44,609 bases of DNA from the NCBI GenBank assembly GCA_016839815.1, contig JAEOTM010000113.1, positions 1-44,609 on the forward strand, in the 5' to 3' direction. Below the pieces are notes generated by a model. It had not been told where the DNA came from. It did not search any database and saw only the letters and a program-made list of their open reading frames with translations. Source of the DNA: Candidatus Hodarchaeota archaeon. GTDB taxonomy: Archaea; Asgardarchaeota; Heimdallarchaeia; Hodarchaeales; Hodarchaeaceae. The first letter of the stretch is position 1. Each line of letters starts with the position of its first letter. The translations under genes and the position numbers were made by a program. Shown piece by piece: positions 18,954 through 29,075 of the stretch.

Positions 18954-20114
18954 TTACTTCCTTTTGCTACTTTTAGTATGCTTTTGAATTTGTTGTAGAC
19001 GTCTATCACGCTTAGATTGTTTTGGGGAACCTGGAATAGGCTTATCCTTCGATTCCTCTTTAAAATCTTTGTCTTCCACTGCTTGTTTCACTTTCAGGAC
19101 TGTAACTTGTTGTCCTGAACCAATCATAAATAGTGTGATTCCTCCAATTAAGAAAATGATAGCAAGTACTGTTATACTGAGTAAAAATGGAATGTATGGA
19201 CCATCATCAGGTGTTGGAATATTATCTTCCTGAATCTCAGCACTTAGCCATTTAAGGACATTTCTCCACAGCTTTGAATTATCTGCAGCTTCATACCACG
19301 TAGTACCTAAGTGAGGATCCATAAGATCGCTGAACATCGTGGAAGATCCACCCATTGCTACCCGTCCATTGAAATTTTCAGCTCTACCACCAATTGCAAA
19401 AACTGCTATGTTGGTCGAAAACGTGTGGGGATCTCCATAAGGAGGATCTGCATATGCTTCAGTTGAACCGACAACTAATTCATCTCTTGCATTCCGAATT
19501 GAGCAAGTTGTTGTGATAATTGTGCTGACATTCTCATAATCCGTAAAGATTTCATGTTCAGTATTGTTTATTTCAAGGATTAAATATTCAGGCTTTCCAG
19601 CGTTTACGAAATCATTTTTAACAACATCACTGGGTTTTCGGAGTTGAGGTGAAATATCCTCTGTCCAATATCGAGCTAGTATACCAAATTCCTGTTCATT
19701 CAAGATATAGTTTAGGTAATCACCATGTCCATCAAGTGTGTCGTTTGTCTCAGCTAAAGGATTCGCTAAGAGGAGCATTGATTTCTCTTCGAGAAGATAA
19801 TCACGAACGTGAATGCGTTCCTTAAATGATATTGACTCCTGAGGATCAGTTATAATTAGAATATCCACTCCCTCGAAAGTTGTTGCATTAAATTCTGCTT
19901 TATTGAATACAACTGTCATACCTAAATCTTCGAGATCCGCGATTGCCTGACTGTATAATGTCCGATTAAAAAATTGGCCATGAGATTCATCAAAGAGTAC
20001 TATTGGAGGATCTTCAGCCTCGAAAATTGTACCATTCACTCCTACAACGTAGTTAACTGTTACTAAAACGCATAGAAATGAACAAAATAATATATGTTTA
20101 ATGCTAATTGACAA
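18954..20114 (-). CDS. Secreted single-pass protein with DUF4350/GIFT (GldG/IFT52)-like domain
   Basis: Signal peptide; VLFDESHGQ..DILIITDP..E...YL....LL; GRV..GGS.MFSD; N..LW.N...WL; TM and basic tail. Confidence 0.7.
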   Translation of the reverse strand: MSISIKHILFCSFLCVLVTVNYVVGVNGTIFEAEDPPIVLFDESHGQFFNRTLYSQAIADLEDLGMTVVFNKAEFNATTFEGVDILIITDPQESISFKERIHVRDYLLEEKSMLLLANPLAETNDTLDGHGDYLNYILNEQEFGILARYWTEDISPQLRKPSDVVKNDFVNAGKPEYLILEINNTEHEIFTDYENVSTIITTTCSIRNARDELVVGSTEAYADPPYGDPHTFSTNIAVFAIGGRAENFNGRVAMGGSSTMFSDLMDPHLGTTWYEAADNSKLWRNVLKWLSAEIQEDNIPTPDDGPYIPFLLSITVLAIIFLIGGITLFMIGSGQQVTVLKVKQAVEDKDFKEESKDKPIPGSPKQSKRDRRLQQIQKHTKSSKRK

Positions 20115-20387
20115 CGTCTTTTCCTCAATACAATAGGCACTACTAGAATTACTAAAACTAGCAATCTGGGTAGAATTTTCAAAAAAGAGGGAATTTGTGA
20201 TTATCTTTTGTGTCTTTCCCGAAGAACGCTACAACTAAAAACCTCAAGGAATTTCTTCCTAATTGGTTTAAGAGAAGAATTCGATTGAAAATCGAACAGC
20301 TTACAAGAAATAAAGGTAAATCTTTACTATTAAGCATATCTTATCCGAACTATGTAACCTGGAGAATAAATCATGGTTTCCGCATAG

Positions 20388-20819
20388 ATGGTCCCCAGTG
20401 AGTTTCTAATAGAAGTCATTGCTGAGGAACTAAGAGCAAATGAAAAAGTATTTCAACCACCGACCTGGGCTGAGTATGTTAAAACTGGCGTTTCAAGAGA
20501 AAATGCTCCCGAAAACAGGAAAGACTGGTGGTATACACGCGTAGCCTCTATATTAAGAAAAATTTATATCAAGGGTCCAATAGGAGTTATCCATCTAAAG
20601 AAATCATATGGGGGTCGTAAAAATAGGGGAAGCAAACCAGAGCATTCAAAAGCCGGATCAGGGGCGATTATCAGGTTAGCAATTCACCAACTTGAGAAAG
20701 CTGGATATGTAACCATCGCTAATACCAGTGGAAGAATTGTTACACCCGCTGGACGTAGTTTTGTAGACAAATTAGCAATGAAAGCAAAAGACGAAATTCC
20801 AGAACTAGCAAACTACTAG
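20388..20819 (+). CDS. rps19e: 30S ribosomal protein S19e
   Basis: PTWAEYVKTG, DWWYTRVASILRK, YGG, GSGAIIR. Confidence 0.97.
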   Translation: MVPSEFLIEVIAEELRANEKVFQPPTWAEYVKTGVSRENAPENRKDWWYTRVASILRKIYIKGPIGVIHLKKSYGGRKNRGSKPEHSKAGSGAIIRLAIHQLEKAGYVTIANTSGRIVTPAGRSFVDKLAMKAKDEIPELANY

Positions 20820-20946
20820 AATTGTGTCTGAACAGTAAAATAGACAATTTCCAAGAAGAGAAACGATGGAAGTATTTTGTACCCTCTTCACACGTAAAAT
20901 TTAATAATACTAATTCCCAACAATTACTCAAAAAGGGGTATAATCA

Positions 20947-21300
20947 ATGGTTGATGATGATCGTGAATTAGAAGAACTTCGTAAAAAACGTGCTGCTCAG
21001 CTCCAAAATGACCAAATCGAGCAACAACAATTGCAAAAGCAGCAAGAAGAACAACTTCGACAGATTGAGCATCAACGTCAAATGGTTTTAAAGAGTATTC
21101 TGACAGATGAAGCACGTGAGCGCCTTGGTCGGATTAAACTAGCAAAACCTGAATATGCCACCTCATTAGAAAATCAATTAATTCAACTTGCTTCAACTCG
21201 CAGGATTTCAGAGAAAATTACAGATGAACAGTTAAAATCTCTCCTCCAACAAATGACACAATCGAAGAGAGAAAGCAAAATTACTTTTAAAAGACGATAA
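20947..21300 (+). CDS. PDCD5-like DNA-binding protein
   Basis: ELEELRKKR, ILTDEARERL..IKLAKPE, ENQLIQL; usual neighbour of S19e. Confidence 0.95.
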   Translation: MVDDDRELEELRKKRAAQLQNDQIEQQQLQKQQEEQLRQIEHQRQMVLKSILTDEARERLGRIKLAKPEYATSLENQLIQLASTRRISEKITDEQLKSLLQQMTQSKRESKITFKRR

Positions 21301-21761
21301 TGGGTTTTTACATGAGTACTATATCACGATTCTCTTGGACACGCATGGAGGGTGTAGGGTTAATCCTCTCCTCCCTCGGGATTGCCTTAATCTCTCAGAT
21401 CCCCCCAACCTTCTTTACTCTCTATTCATTAGAATTCAATCTTGAGGAATATTTCTTAACAATGGCTGGTGTAATCTTTGGAACGATTATTCTTATATCA
21501 GCTATCTCTTGTTCAGTTACAGAAGACTGGGATAATTCTAGATCTCCTACTCTCAAATCAATTGTTAACTCTTCTCTTATATATAGTTTTCTTTTTATTT
21601 TGGGCTTTTTTGTTTTTTTCATACTGCAATCAAATTTCCCCCCGGAAATGCGAGAACTTAATACAAATCAACGGTATTTAGCTGCATATACCACAAGTTT
21701 GAGCCTTATCGGAATTCTAACCGCAATTTTCTACAGAGGAAGAGCGTTTTTCAGCAGATAG
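21300..21761 (+). CDS. Hypothetical membrane protein (about 4 TM)
   Basis: TAATG coupling to the upstream gene; four hydrophobic segments. Confidence 0.7.
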   Translation: MGFYMSTISRFSWTRMEGVGLILSSLGIALISQIPPTFFTLYSLEFNLEEYFLTMAGVIFGTIILISAISCSVTEDWDNSRSPTLKSIVNSSLIYSFLFILGFFVFFILQSNFPPEMRELNTNQRYLAAYTTSLSLIGILTAIFYRGRAFFSR

Positions 21762-21888
21762 GAGATGAAATTTCCAAGGAAATTAGATTCCTAATATAAA
21801 AAAACAGTCAACTAAGATCTAATAATACTCATGATTTTAAACAGAAGAACCAAATTCTCTTGTAGAAATAACAAGGAAGGTTTTTCAA

Positions 21889-22665
21889 TTGTCTGATTTG
21901 CTTAAAAAAACATATTGTGATTCAGCTCTTATTTCAACTATTTATCATTATTTAGAATTGGGTTCCACAAATAATATCGCTAAACAAATGGTTTTACAAG
22001 ATAAAGAACAAAATTTTGGTATTATTTCGAAAACACAGACAGCAGGATATGGTCAACGTGGACATTTTTGGGAATCTCCTTCAGGAGGTTTATGGTGCTC
22101 GTTAGCACTCAAACCTGAAATCAATCCCCGTAGAATGGGATTAATCCCAATTTTATGCGCTTTAAGTGTAGCAAAGGCACTGAAATCATACCACATTTCA
22201 ACACGATTAAAATGGCCTAATGATATATTACATTCAACAGATAATAAAAAGCTGGGAGGAATCATTGTTGAGGGAAAAGTTTCTCGGAAAGACGTCGAAT
22301 ATCTAATCATTGGTATTGGAATCAATATAAATACATATCTCAAACAGTACTCTCTTCCTTTAAGGAAAGACATAACTTCGACTCTAGAAATCACAAAAAC
22401 CCATATAGAATTAGAGCCTCTATTACATAAAATTATAAACAGTCTTGAAAGGGGATTTAATAATATGGCGAGAGGTGAAGAAGGAGATATTCTCTTAGAA
22501 TGGAAGAAATGGGATAACATTTTAGGAAGAAAGATTACAATCACTTCTAATAATATTGAATTCGAAGGAATAGCCAAAGATCTCACTAAATATGGGCAAA
22601 TAATATTAGAGCTTGATGATGGAAGAGAAATTTCCTTTGCATCAGGAAATTTATCCCTCTTATGA
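21889..22665 (+). CDS. birA: Biotin--protein ligase
   Basis: STNN, QTAGYGQRG..W.SP.GGL, LKWPND, KKLGGI. Confidence 0.95.
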   Translation: MSDLLKKTYCDSALISTIYHYLELGSTNNIAKQMVLQDKEQNFGIISKTQTAGYGQRGHFWESPSGGLWCSLALKPEINPRRMGLIPILCALSVAKALKSYHISTRLKWPNDILHSTDNKKLGGIIVEGKVSRKDVEYLIIGIGININTYLKQYSLPLRKDITSTLEITKTHIELEPLLHKIINSLERGFNNMARGEEGDILLEWKKWDNILGRKITITSNNIEFEGIAKDLTKYGQIILELDDGREISFASGNLSLL

Positions 22666-22712
22666 GATATTTTCAGATTTAATGAACGTCTAATAGTAGG
22701 AAAAGGTGAAAA

Positions 22713-23273
22713 ACGGTAGTATATAACTTAAAAACGGGATCTAATACTGTTCTAAGAGGATTAATTGCAGAAGAATTTTCTCGTTATGTTCTTTGTCAAC
22801 GTTATCCAATAATTGTCCTTAGACCAACCAAGGTTTTAGAAATATTATCAGAAAATGAAACTGAAGGGCCTCATTATGATTTCCTAGTTCAATATCAACA
22901 AACGATGGATTTTATAGGCTTTGGCCCTATTGAAGATCCTGAAACCACTATTCCACAATCTACCCCTGATTTAGTACAAACTTTTTTCTTTCAACAAGAT
23001 GGTTTGACGCGCTATTTACATCCTAATCAAAAATATATTAATCTAAAAGGATACATAATTGAGGTTAAGTCACGATCAACTCAAAACCATTGGAAACCTT
23101 TTACATACTCGTTTTCTCCGAACCAAGAGGATATGTTTGCAAAAGCAATGAAATATCGATTCAAAGTAGTGATATGTGGGATTACACTTGCAAATGATTG
23201 GGAGATTTCAATGGTACTCACAAATCCTCAAGGAAAAGTTCTCTCTCAAGATTTCTTCAATTCAGATCAATGA
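22713..23273 (+). CDS. PD-(D/E)XK nuclease-like protein; open frame extends 64 codons upstream of ATG 22905
   Basis: RGLIAEE (motif I), MDFIG, IIEVKS, FSPNQ; GGTGA at 22705. Confidence 0.6.
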   Translation, partial: TVVYNLKTGSNTVLRGLIAEEFSRYVLCQRYPIIVLRPTKVLEILSENETEGPHYDFLVQYQQTMDFIGFGPIEDPETTIPQSTPDLVQTFFFQQDGLTRYLHPNQKYINLKGYIIEVKSRSTQNHWKPFTYSFSPNQEDMFAKAMKYRFKVVICGITLANDWEISMVLTNPQGKVLSQDFFNSDQ

Positions 23274-24417
23274 ATATTGGTTCTGCATTTGTAAGGACTT
23301 TGGGTCCATTACGGGTAATAAGAACATCATTCTCTAATCTAAATCCTCCGACATCCTTCTCATATATACCAGGCTCGATAGTAACAATCATTCCCTCTTC
23401 GATAGGTGTAGGAGTCCAATATTTTAGCATAGACTCATGAGTGGGTTCCTTTCTAAGTAAAGGGGCATCATGCACAGTTAAACCGATTCCATGACCTAAA
23501 GAATGAGGCATTTGATACCCTTGCTTCTCAATAATATTATAAGCTACTTCAGCAACTTCGTGTAAGTATTGTGATTCTGATATTGCATCAATTGAATTAT
23601 CATGAGCGGATTTCACAGTTTCTACTATTGTTTTCATTTTATCATTCATTGGCCCCATTATAAAGGGAAGGGTAACATCCGACGTTAAATCTACAGCTTG
23701 TACTCCAAAATCTATGAGTGCAAGTCCTTTTTGATACATAGATTGTTTTGGATCTGCACGTGGATAAGTATGGATTTGCCAAGATCGAGCACTACTAGCA
23801 ACAAGTGATTCGAATCCCACCGCAAAGGCTCCTAATTCTCGCATTCTACTTTCTACGAAGATTGCTAAATCCATTTCAGTTTTTATTTTTGATTGTGTAA
23901 TAATTATTTCTTCGATTTCTTTAACGAGTTGATTACTAATATCAACAGACTTTTGCATTAGAGTTATTTCGTGCTCTGATTTTGTGGATCGTAGATCTGC
24001 TAGTAGACTATCAATAATCAATGGATTATAGATGATCTCTGTATTTGGAACCTTTTCTGTAATAAGGTGCACGCTATCATAGGGAATTCCTCTTGGGATC
24101 CCCACTTTCGGAGTAGAGGAGGAGGATTCTGAAAAAACTTCAATTGTAGCTGCTATTAAACCTTGATAGTCAGCCATATTGACTATTCTATCGGCTTCTG
24201 AAGTAATTCTAGCAAGCTGATAGTCCCAGGGAATAAGTATTGTTTGACGATTCTTGATATCAACAAAGAGAGAGGCATCTTCTGGATGACCAGTTAAGTA
24301 TTTTACATTCACATCTCTATGTGCTTCAGAATCGGTGAGAAAGAGAAAATCTAGATTGTGAGTATGCAGTGAATCGTATAATTTGTCTAATTTTTCTTGA
24401 GAAATGAATCGTGCCAC
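23257..24417 (-). CDS. Xaa-Pro aminopeptidase (M24B)
   Basis: IDFG, SDVT, HSLGHGIGL.VHD, TIEPGIY, RLEND. Confidence 0.95.
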   Translation of the reverse strand: MARFISQEKLDKLYDSLHTHNLDFLFLTDSEAHRDVNVKYLTGHPEDASLFVDIKNRQTILIPWDYQLARITSEADRIVNMADYQGLIAATIEVFSESSSSTPKVGIPRGIPYDSVHLITEKVPNTEIIYNPLIIDSLLADLRSTKSEHEITLMQKSVDISNQLVKEIEEIIITQSKIKTEMDLAIFVESRMRELGAFAVGFESLVASSARSWQIHTYPRADPKQSMYQKGLALIDFGVQAVDLTSDVTLPFIMGPMNDKMKTIVETVKSAHDNSIDAISESQYLHEVAEVAYNIIEKQGYQMPHSLGHGIGLTVHDAPLLRKEPTHESMLKYWTPTPIEEGMIVTIEPGIYEKDVGGFRLENDVLITRNGPKVLTNAEPIFIDLN

Positions 24418-24662
24418 AAGAAACCACCTGAACGTTAATTAAGGGTGTTGGAAAAAGCAAATGGAGAATTTTAAAAATCTGCTCTTCTTTAATATTACTA
24501 TAGGATTAGAATAAAAAGTAACTATTTAATGTCAAAAACATTGTTTTCCAATTTAGATCGTAAAATGCAAAAAAAAAATACCAAAAAATTTGATTTAAAA
24601 CTCACTCAACCAAGAAATTCGAATTTAAATCCAAAAACATGCGATAATAGTGGATTATGGGG

Positions 24663-24893
24663 TTATTCTACCTTAATTTTGTGCCATTTCTTTTTTGAGG
24701 AAGTCGCGCGTTGGGTTTTTCTTGGAGTTTTACGCATGTGTTGTGATTTTTGTTGTTTAAGGAGATTTCTATGAGTCATTTGTGCAATTTTATTTGTTAT
24801 CAACTGCAATTCAGAATTATTTGGGCGATACGACTTTAATAACTTCTGAAATTCAAGAAGGAGTGCATTGACCTTTTCTTTATCTATAGCCAT
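24663..24893 (-). CDS. Small basic hypothetical protein
   Basis: 76-aa ORF with AGG upstream in an otherwise empty 700-bp gap. Confidence 0.4.
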   Translation of the reverse strand: MAIDKEKVNALLLEFQKLLKSYRPNNSELQLITNKIAQMTHRNLLKQQKSQHMRKTPRKTQRATSSKKKWHKIKVE

Positions 24894-25134
24894 CCTATTT
24901 TACCTTTAAAATTACTTAAAATAAATATTTGGGAACGATTAGAATCCTCATAGAGTAATTCTATTCTGTTCAAATCATTGTTAAAGTAAATATATTAAAT
25001 TCAAAATTTCCAGAATGAAGATCTACATGCTTTCTGGCACCTAATTTTTCACTACACGGGAAAAGAAAGTTAATTATCTATTTAAATAGTTAGTACCCAT
25101 TTATCACAGTTATATTGTTACGGAGTAGTATTAA

Positions 25135-27570
25135 ATGCCTAAATTTACTATCGAAGAAGCACAAAAACTCCTCGTTAATCGAAAAAATGTACGAAACTTG
25201 GGAGTAATTGCTCATATCGATCACGGGAAAAGTACACTGACTGATTCGCTTCTTGCTGCAAGTGGATTGTTAGCTGAAAAGGTAGCTGGAGAAGCCAGAG
25301 CAACAGACACACGAGAAGATGAACAAGAACGTGGAATTACTATCAAAACGACAGGAATTTCTTTAGTTCATGAATTAAAAGAAAAAACCTATCTTGTAAA
25401 CCTCCAGGATACACCAGGACACGTAGATTTCTCGGGTGAAGTTACATCGGCTCTACGAGTTGTAGATGGAGCACTTGTCGTAGTTGATGCTGTAGAAGGA
25501 GTTATGGTTCAAACTGAAGTTGTAACACAGCAAGCTCTAGCCGAACGTGTTCGTCCCGTTTTAATTATTAACAAAGTAGATCGGTTAATAACTGAAATGA
25601 GAATGAGTCCCGATAATGCCTATGAGCAGTTTAAAAAGATTATTAGCGACTTCAACCTACTTATTGAAACATATGCTCCACCTGAATTTAAGAAAATATG
25701 GAGAGTCGATCCTAGACAGGGAACAGTTGCATTTGGATCTGCTATTCATAGATTTGGATTGACAATTCCGGCACTCGCAGAGATTTGGCACGAAAAAACT
25801 GGCCAACCAGTCGAAAAGTTAATTAAAAACTTGTGGATGAAAAATAATTTTGTTAATGGTGTTCTCAAACCAACCTACGAGATTTATCAAAAAGCGGAAG
25901 AAAGCGATACTGAATCATTGAAAAAGGTTGCAGAGCAATTAACATTACGAATAGATGAAAGTGTGTGGTTAGAACCTCCTAAAAGAATAGCAAAGGCATT
26001 ACTAGAAAAATGGCTCCCTGTCGAGAAAGCTGTACTTGATATGGTAATCAATTTCTGTCCCTCTCCACTCGAAGCACAGAAATACAGATTTAAAAGCTTC
26101 TGGTCTGGAGATATGGAATCTCTAGAAGGAAAAGGACTCCTGAACTGTGATATTGATGCACCCACAATGATATCAATATCTAAAATGATCCCAGGAAGAG
26201 CAAAACGAATTATTGCCATGGGAAGAGTTTTTTCCGGAACAGTAAAAGCAGGACAAAAGATAACTGCCCTTCTACCAGGATATAAGCCTGGATCTAAGGA
26301 AAGAATGTTTACTACAAATATTCAGCAAGTATCGATGTTAATGGGTGCTAAAGCAGAAAAAGTTGATTTAATTCCTGCTGGGAACATTGTTGCTTTGCAG
26401 GGACTACGGGGAGCGACTGCAAGTAGTACTATCACAAGTTTAGAGACCACTCTTCCATTTAAAGCATTAAGCTACGCAGTGGAACCTGTAGTTACCATTG
26501 CAATTGAAGCTAAATCTCCTAGTGAGCTACCTAAACTTGCAGAAGGACTTCAGCTCATGGAATTGGTAGATCCATCACTAAAAACTAAGGTTAATGAAGA
26601 AACTGGAGAATTCTTATTATCTGGAACAGGAGAACTTCATCTTGAAATAGCTGTTAAAGATCTCCAAGACTTGCAGAATATTGAAGTAACTCAAAGTGAG
26701 CCTATTGTAGTCTTCCGAGAATCAGTTGCTGCTGAATCTACTCAACAAGCTCTCGCAAAATCACCCAATAAACATAATAGATTATGGGTGCGAGCTGCTC
26801 CTCTTGAAAAAGATGTCATAAAAATTATTGAATCTGGAAAGATTCACCAATACACTGATCGAAAAGAGATGGGACAGATTCTCCGAGATGATGCTGGTTG
26901 GGATGCTAAAGTTGGTCGTAAAGTTTGGGGTATGGGTCCCGAGGAAACAGACCCAAACTTCTATATTGATGCAACTAAAGGTGTTCAATACCTTCGTGAA
27001 GTAAAGGATTATCTTATCCAAGGATTCCGATGGGCTGGTAAAGAAGGTCCATTATGTGGTGAACCATTTTACGGGATAAAATTCTTATTAGAAGATGTTA
27101 AACTTCATGAGGATCCAGTACATAGAGGCGCGGGTCAAACAATGCCTGTATCGAGAAGAGCCTGCTTCGGTGCAGTTTTATTAGCGTCTCCTATACTTCT
27201 TGAGCCCGTTTATAAGGTACAAGTTCAAGTTCCTGAACAGTACCTAGGAAATGTCTATAAGGTTCTTACAAAACGAAGAGGACGTGTTGTTGATACACAA
27301 AAACGCGAAGGGACTCCTTTAAATGTAATTATTGCAGAGGTTCCTGTTACTGAATCCTTCGGAATTACCACCGATTTACGTTCTGAAACTTCAGGATTCG
27401 CATTTTCACAGATGGTCTTTGATCATTGGGAAAAAGTACCTGGAAATCCCACTAAAGAAGAAGAACTAGGCGGTGGGTTAGCTCGTAAGTTTGTCATGGA
27501 AACTAGAAAACGGAAAGGATTCCATAACCCCAATCCTCCAAAACCTGAAGATTATTACGATAAACTCTAA
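25135..27570 (+). CDS. fusA: Translation elongation factor 2 (diphthamide-type) with eukaryote-like G' insertion
   Basis: AHIDHGKS, RGITI, DTPGHVDF, NKVDR, GELHLE, KSPNKHNR, HEDPVHRG. Confidence 0.97.
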   Translation: MPKFTIEEAQKLLVNRKNVRNLGVIAHIDHGKSTLTDSLLAASGLLAEKVAGEARATDTREDEQERGITIKTTGISLVHELKEKTYLVNLQDTPGHVDFSGEVTSALRVVDGALVVVDAVEGVMVQTEVVTQQALAERVRPVLIINKVDRLITEMRMSPDNAYEQFKKIISDFNLLIETYAPPEFKKIWRVDPRQGTVAFGSAIHRFGLTIPALAEIWHEKTGQPVEKLIKNLWMKNNFVNGVLKPTYEIYQKAEESDTESLKKVAEQLTLRIDESVWLEPPKRIAKALLEKWLPVEKAVLDMVINFCPSPLEAQKYRFKSFWSGDMESLEGKGLLNCDIDAPTMISISKMIPGRAKRIIAMGRVFSGTVKAGQKITALLPGYKPGSKERMFTTNIQQVSMLMGAKAEKVDLIPAGNIVALQGLRGATASSTITSLETTLPFKALSYAVEPVVTIAIEAKSPSELPKLAEGLQLMELVDPSLKTKVNEETGEFLLSGTGELHLEIAVKDLQDLQNIEVTQSEPIVVFRESVAAESTQQALAKSPNKHNRLWVRAAPLEKDVIKIIESGKIHQYTDRKEMGQILRDDAGWDAKVGRKVWGMGPEETDPNFYIDATKGVQYLREVKDYLIQGFRWAGKEGPLCGEPFYGIKFLLEDVKLHEDPVHRGAGQTMPVSRRACFGAVLLASPILLEPVYKVQVQVPEQYLGNVYKVLTKRRGRVVDTQKREGTPLNVIIAEVPVTESFGITTDLRSETSGFAFSQMVFDHWEKVPGNPTKEEELGGGLARKFVMETRKRKGFHNPNPPKPEDYYDKL

Positions 27571-27668
27571 TTAATTTGAGTTTATCCATAATTTCTTCTC
27601 TTTTTCCTCTTAATTATATTAATATAGCATCGTAGAAATCTTTCGGGAATATTAACAAAAAAAATTTA

Positions 27669-27743
27669 CGGATCCGGAGGGATTTGAACCCACGACATTC
27701 TGCTCCGAAGGCAGACGCTCTATCCATGCTGAGCCACGGATCC
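27669..27743 (-). tRNA. tRNA-Arg(TCG)
   Basis: GGATCCG/CGGATCC acceptor; TCTGC-CTTCGGA-GCAGA; TTCAAAT T-loop. Confidence 0.97.
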
Positions 27744-28018
27744 AGTGATTTAAATTCTCTGTGATTTATTATTAGTGATTTCTAGAGTGAATTACAAAAC
27801 AATTATTTGATTAATAAGAATTTATTGGAAACTGATTTTAGAGGATAATTTCACATTTTCTTGTTAATGATAAGAAATAAAGCATCCCTTTTACCTGAAT
27901 CAGCTTCTAGAATGATTTTCTGCTTTTGTTTTATTTCTATCAACAGAGATAGAAAACTTGTGGAGGTATCACACGACTGATGACCTTTATTAAGTCCTCT
28001 TTTCAGAGGAGTATTGGA

Positions 28019-28294
28019 TCATCTTGTTTTACGTTCAGAAGCCGATCGAATCTTTACTTGATGTCTGTGAATTGCGCATGAAACGCAGAAATATCGAACA
28101 TATGGGATTCGTGCAATTCTTGTTCCAGATTGCCGTAGTTCCTTTCCAATTGTAAAATCAACTAAATTTTTATAGCTTGTTTTCCGCTTGGCCTTATCTC
28201 TTGGAACCAGTCGTCCACATGAAGAGCATTGAACTTGACCTAAGTTACCTTTCCCGCCTTTACTTCGGCCACCTGATTTTCGTTTTTTACCCAT
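28019..28294 (-). CDS. rps26e: 30S ribosomal protein S26e
   Basis: MGKKRKSGGRSK..VQCSSCGRLVPRDKA..CVSCAIH; start moved to ATG 28294 (GGTG upstream). Confidence 0.95.
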   Translation of the reverse strand: MGKKRKSGGRSKGGKGNLGQVQCSSCGRLVPRDKAKRKTSYKNLVDFTIGKELRQSGTRIARIPYVRYFCVSCAIHRHQVKIRSASERKTR

Positions 28295-28370
28295 TACGAG
28301 TACACCTTTAAAATATGAAAGTAAGTTAAAAAAATTGATTAAAGTCAATATTACCTTCATTTACATGTTT

Positions 28371-29042
28371 TTAGAGGTCGTTTTTAATCTCTCCCATGAC
28401 TGGAGGAATAGCATTCTTCGTCACGAAAAGGGCTAAATATTCCAAATTTAAATGATAAGCTTTATCCAAATCGAAAAATGAAGACGTTTGGGGAAATTCT
28501 CCAACCAAATACTCATGGATGCTTTTTCTTATAATATCCAATTGTTTAAAATAAGCATCAGAATACCTTTGAACTTTTGTTAGGAGCTCGCTTGTTAAGA
28601 AGACGAAATCTGGTGCCTCATTAGAGGAAAGTATTCTTTTCGACATCATTTCATATAACTGTTCCTGATTTTTCCCATTCAAGAGAAAAAGAAGAAATCC
28701 AGGCATTGGTAGGAAAAATAAAATCATAATAGAGGAAAATGGACCGAACTGTAAATCAAATCGAGAAATTGATTCATCTGAAATAATCATGGCGGAAAGA
28801 ATTAGGTTTAATGACGCGATTAATGTCGCCTGAAAGGATCCTCTTCCGATCCAATAAAGCTTGCCCGAGTATTGATGAATCGGGTCTTTATTCGTAAAAC
28901 TAATTCCTTTAAAGCTCAAAATCGCATAAAAAATAATAGTCCAAGGTATAATGCATAACAACAAAAGGTAGCTATCGTAGAATCCTAAACTGAAGATAAA
29001 TAGAAAATTGAGTAAAGAAAGAATAAAAAAAAGGGAGGGCAC
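28371..29042 (-). CDS. Hypothetical membrane protein (4 TM and soluble tail)
   Basis: 223-aa ORF between the roadblock and S26e genes. Confidence 0.65.
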   Translation of the reverse strand: MPSLFFILSLLNFLFIFSLGFYDSYLLLLCIIPWTIIFYAILSFKGISFTNKDPIHQYSGKLYWIGRGSFQATLIASLNLILSAMIISDESISRFDLQFGPFSSIMILFFLPMPGFLLFLLNGKNQEQLYEMMSKRILSSNEAPDFVFLTSELLTKVQRYSDAYFKQLDIIRKSIHEYLVGEFPQTSSFFDLDKAYHLNLEYLALFVTKNAIPPVMGEIKNDL

Positions 29043-29075
29043 AGAATTGCATTCCTGTATTAATTCTTGTGTAGA

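Noticed and set aside
20855-20893. GAAGAG/CTCTTC stem followed by ACA (possible H/ACA RNA)
   Set aside because: Weak upper stem, no K-turn and no identifiable target.
27977-28045. CTGATGA suggesting a hammerhead ribozyme core; GAAA hairpin suggesting SECIS
   Set aside because: No correctly placed GAAA with stems I-III, and no in-frame TGA in neighbouring genes.
28295-28360. ORF-track N-terminal extension of S26e
   Set aside because: The family begins at M(G/P)KKR, and an SD-like GGTG precedes ATG 28294.
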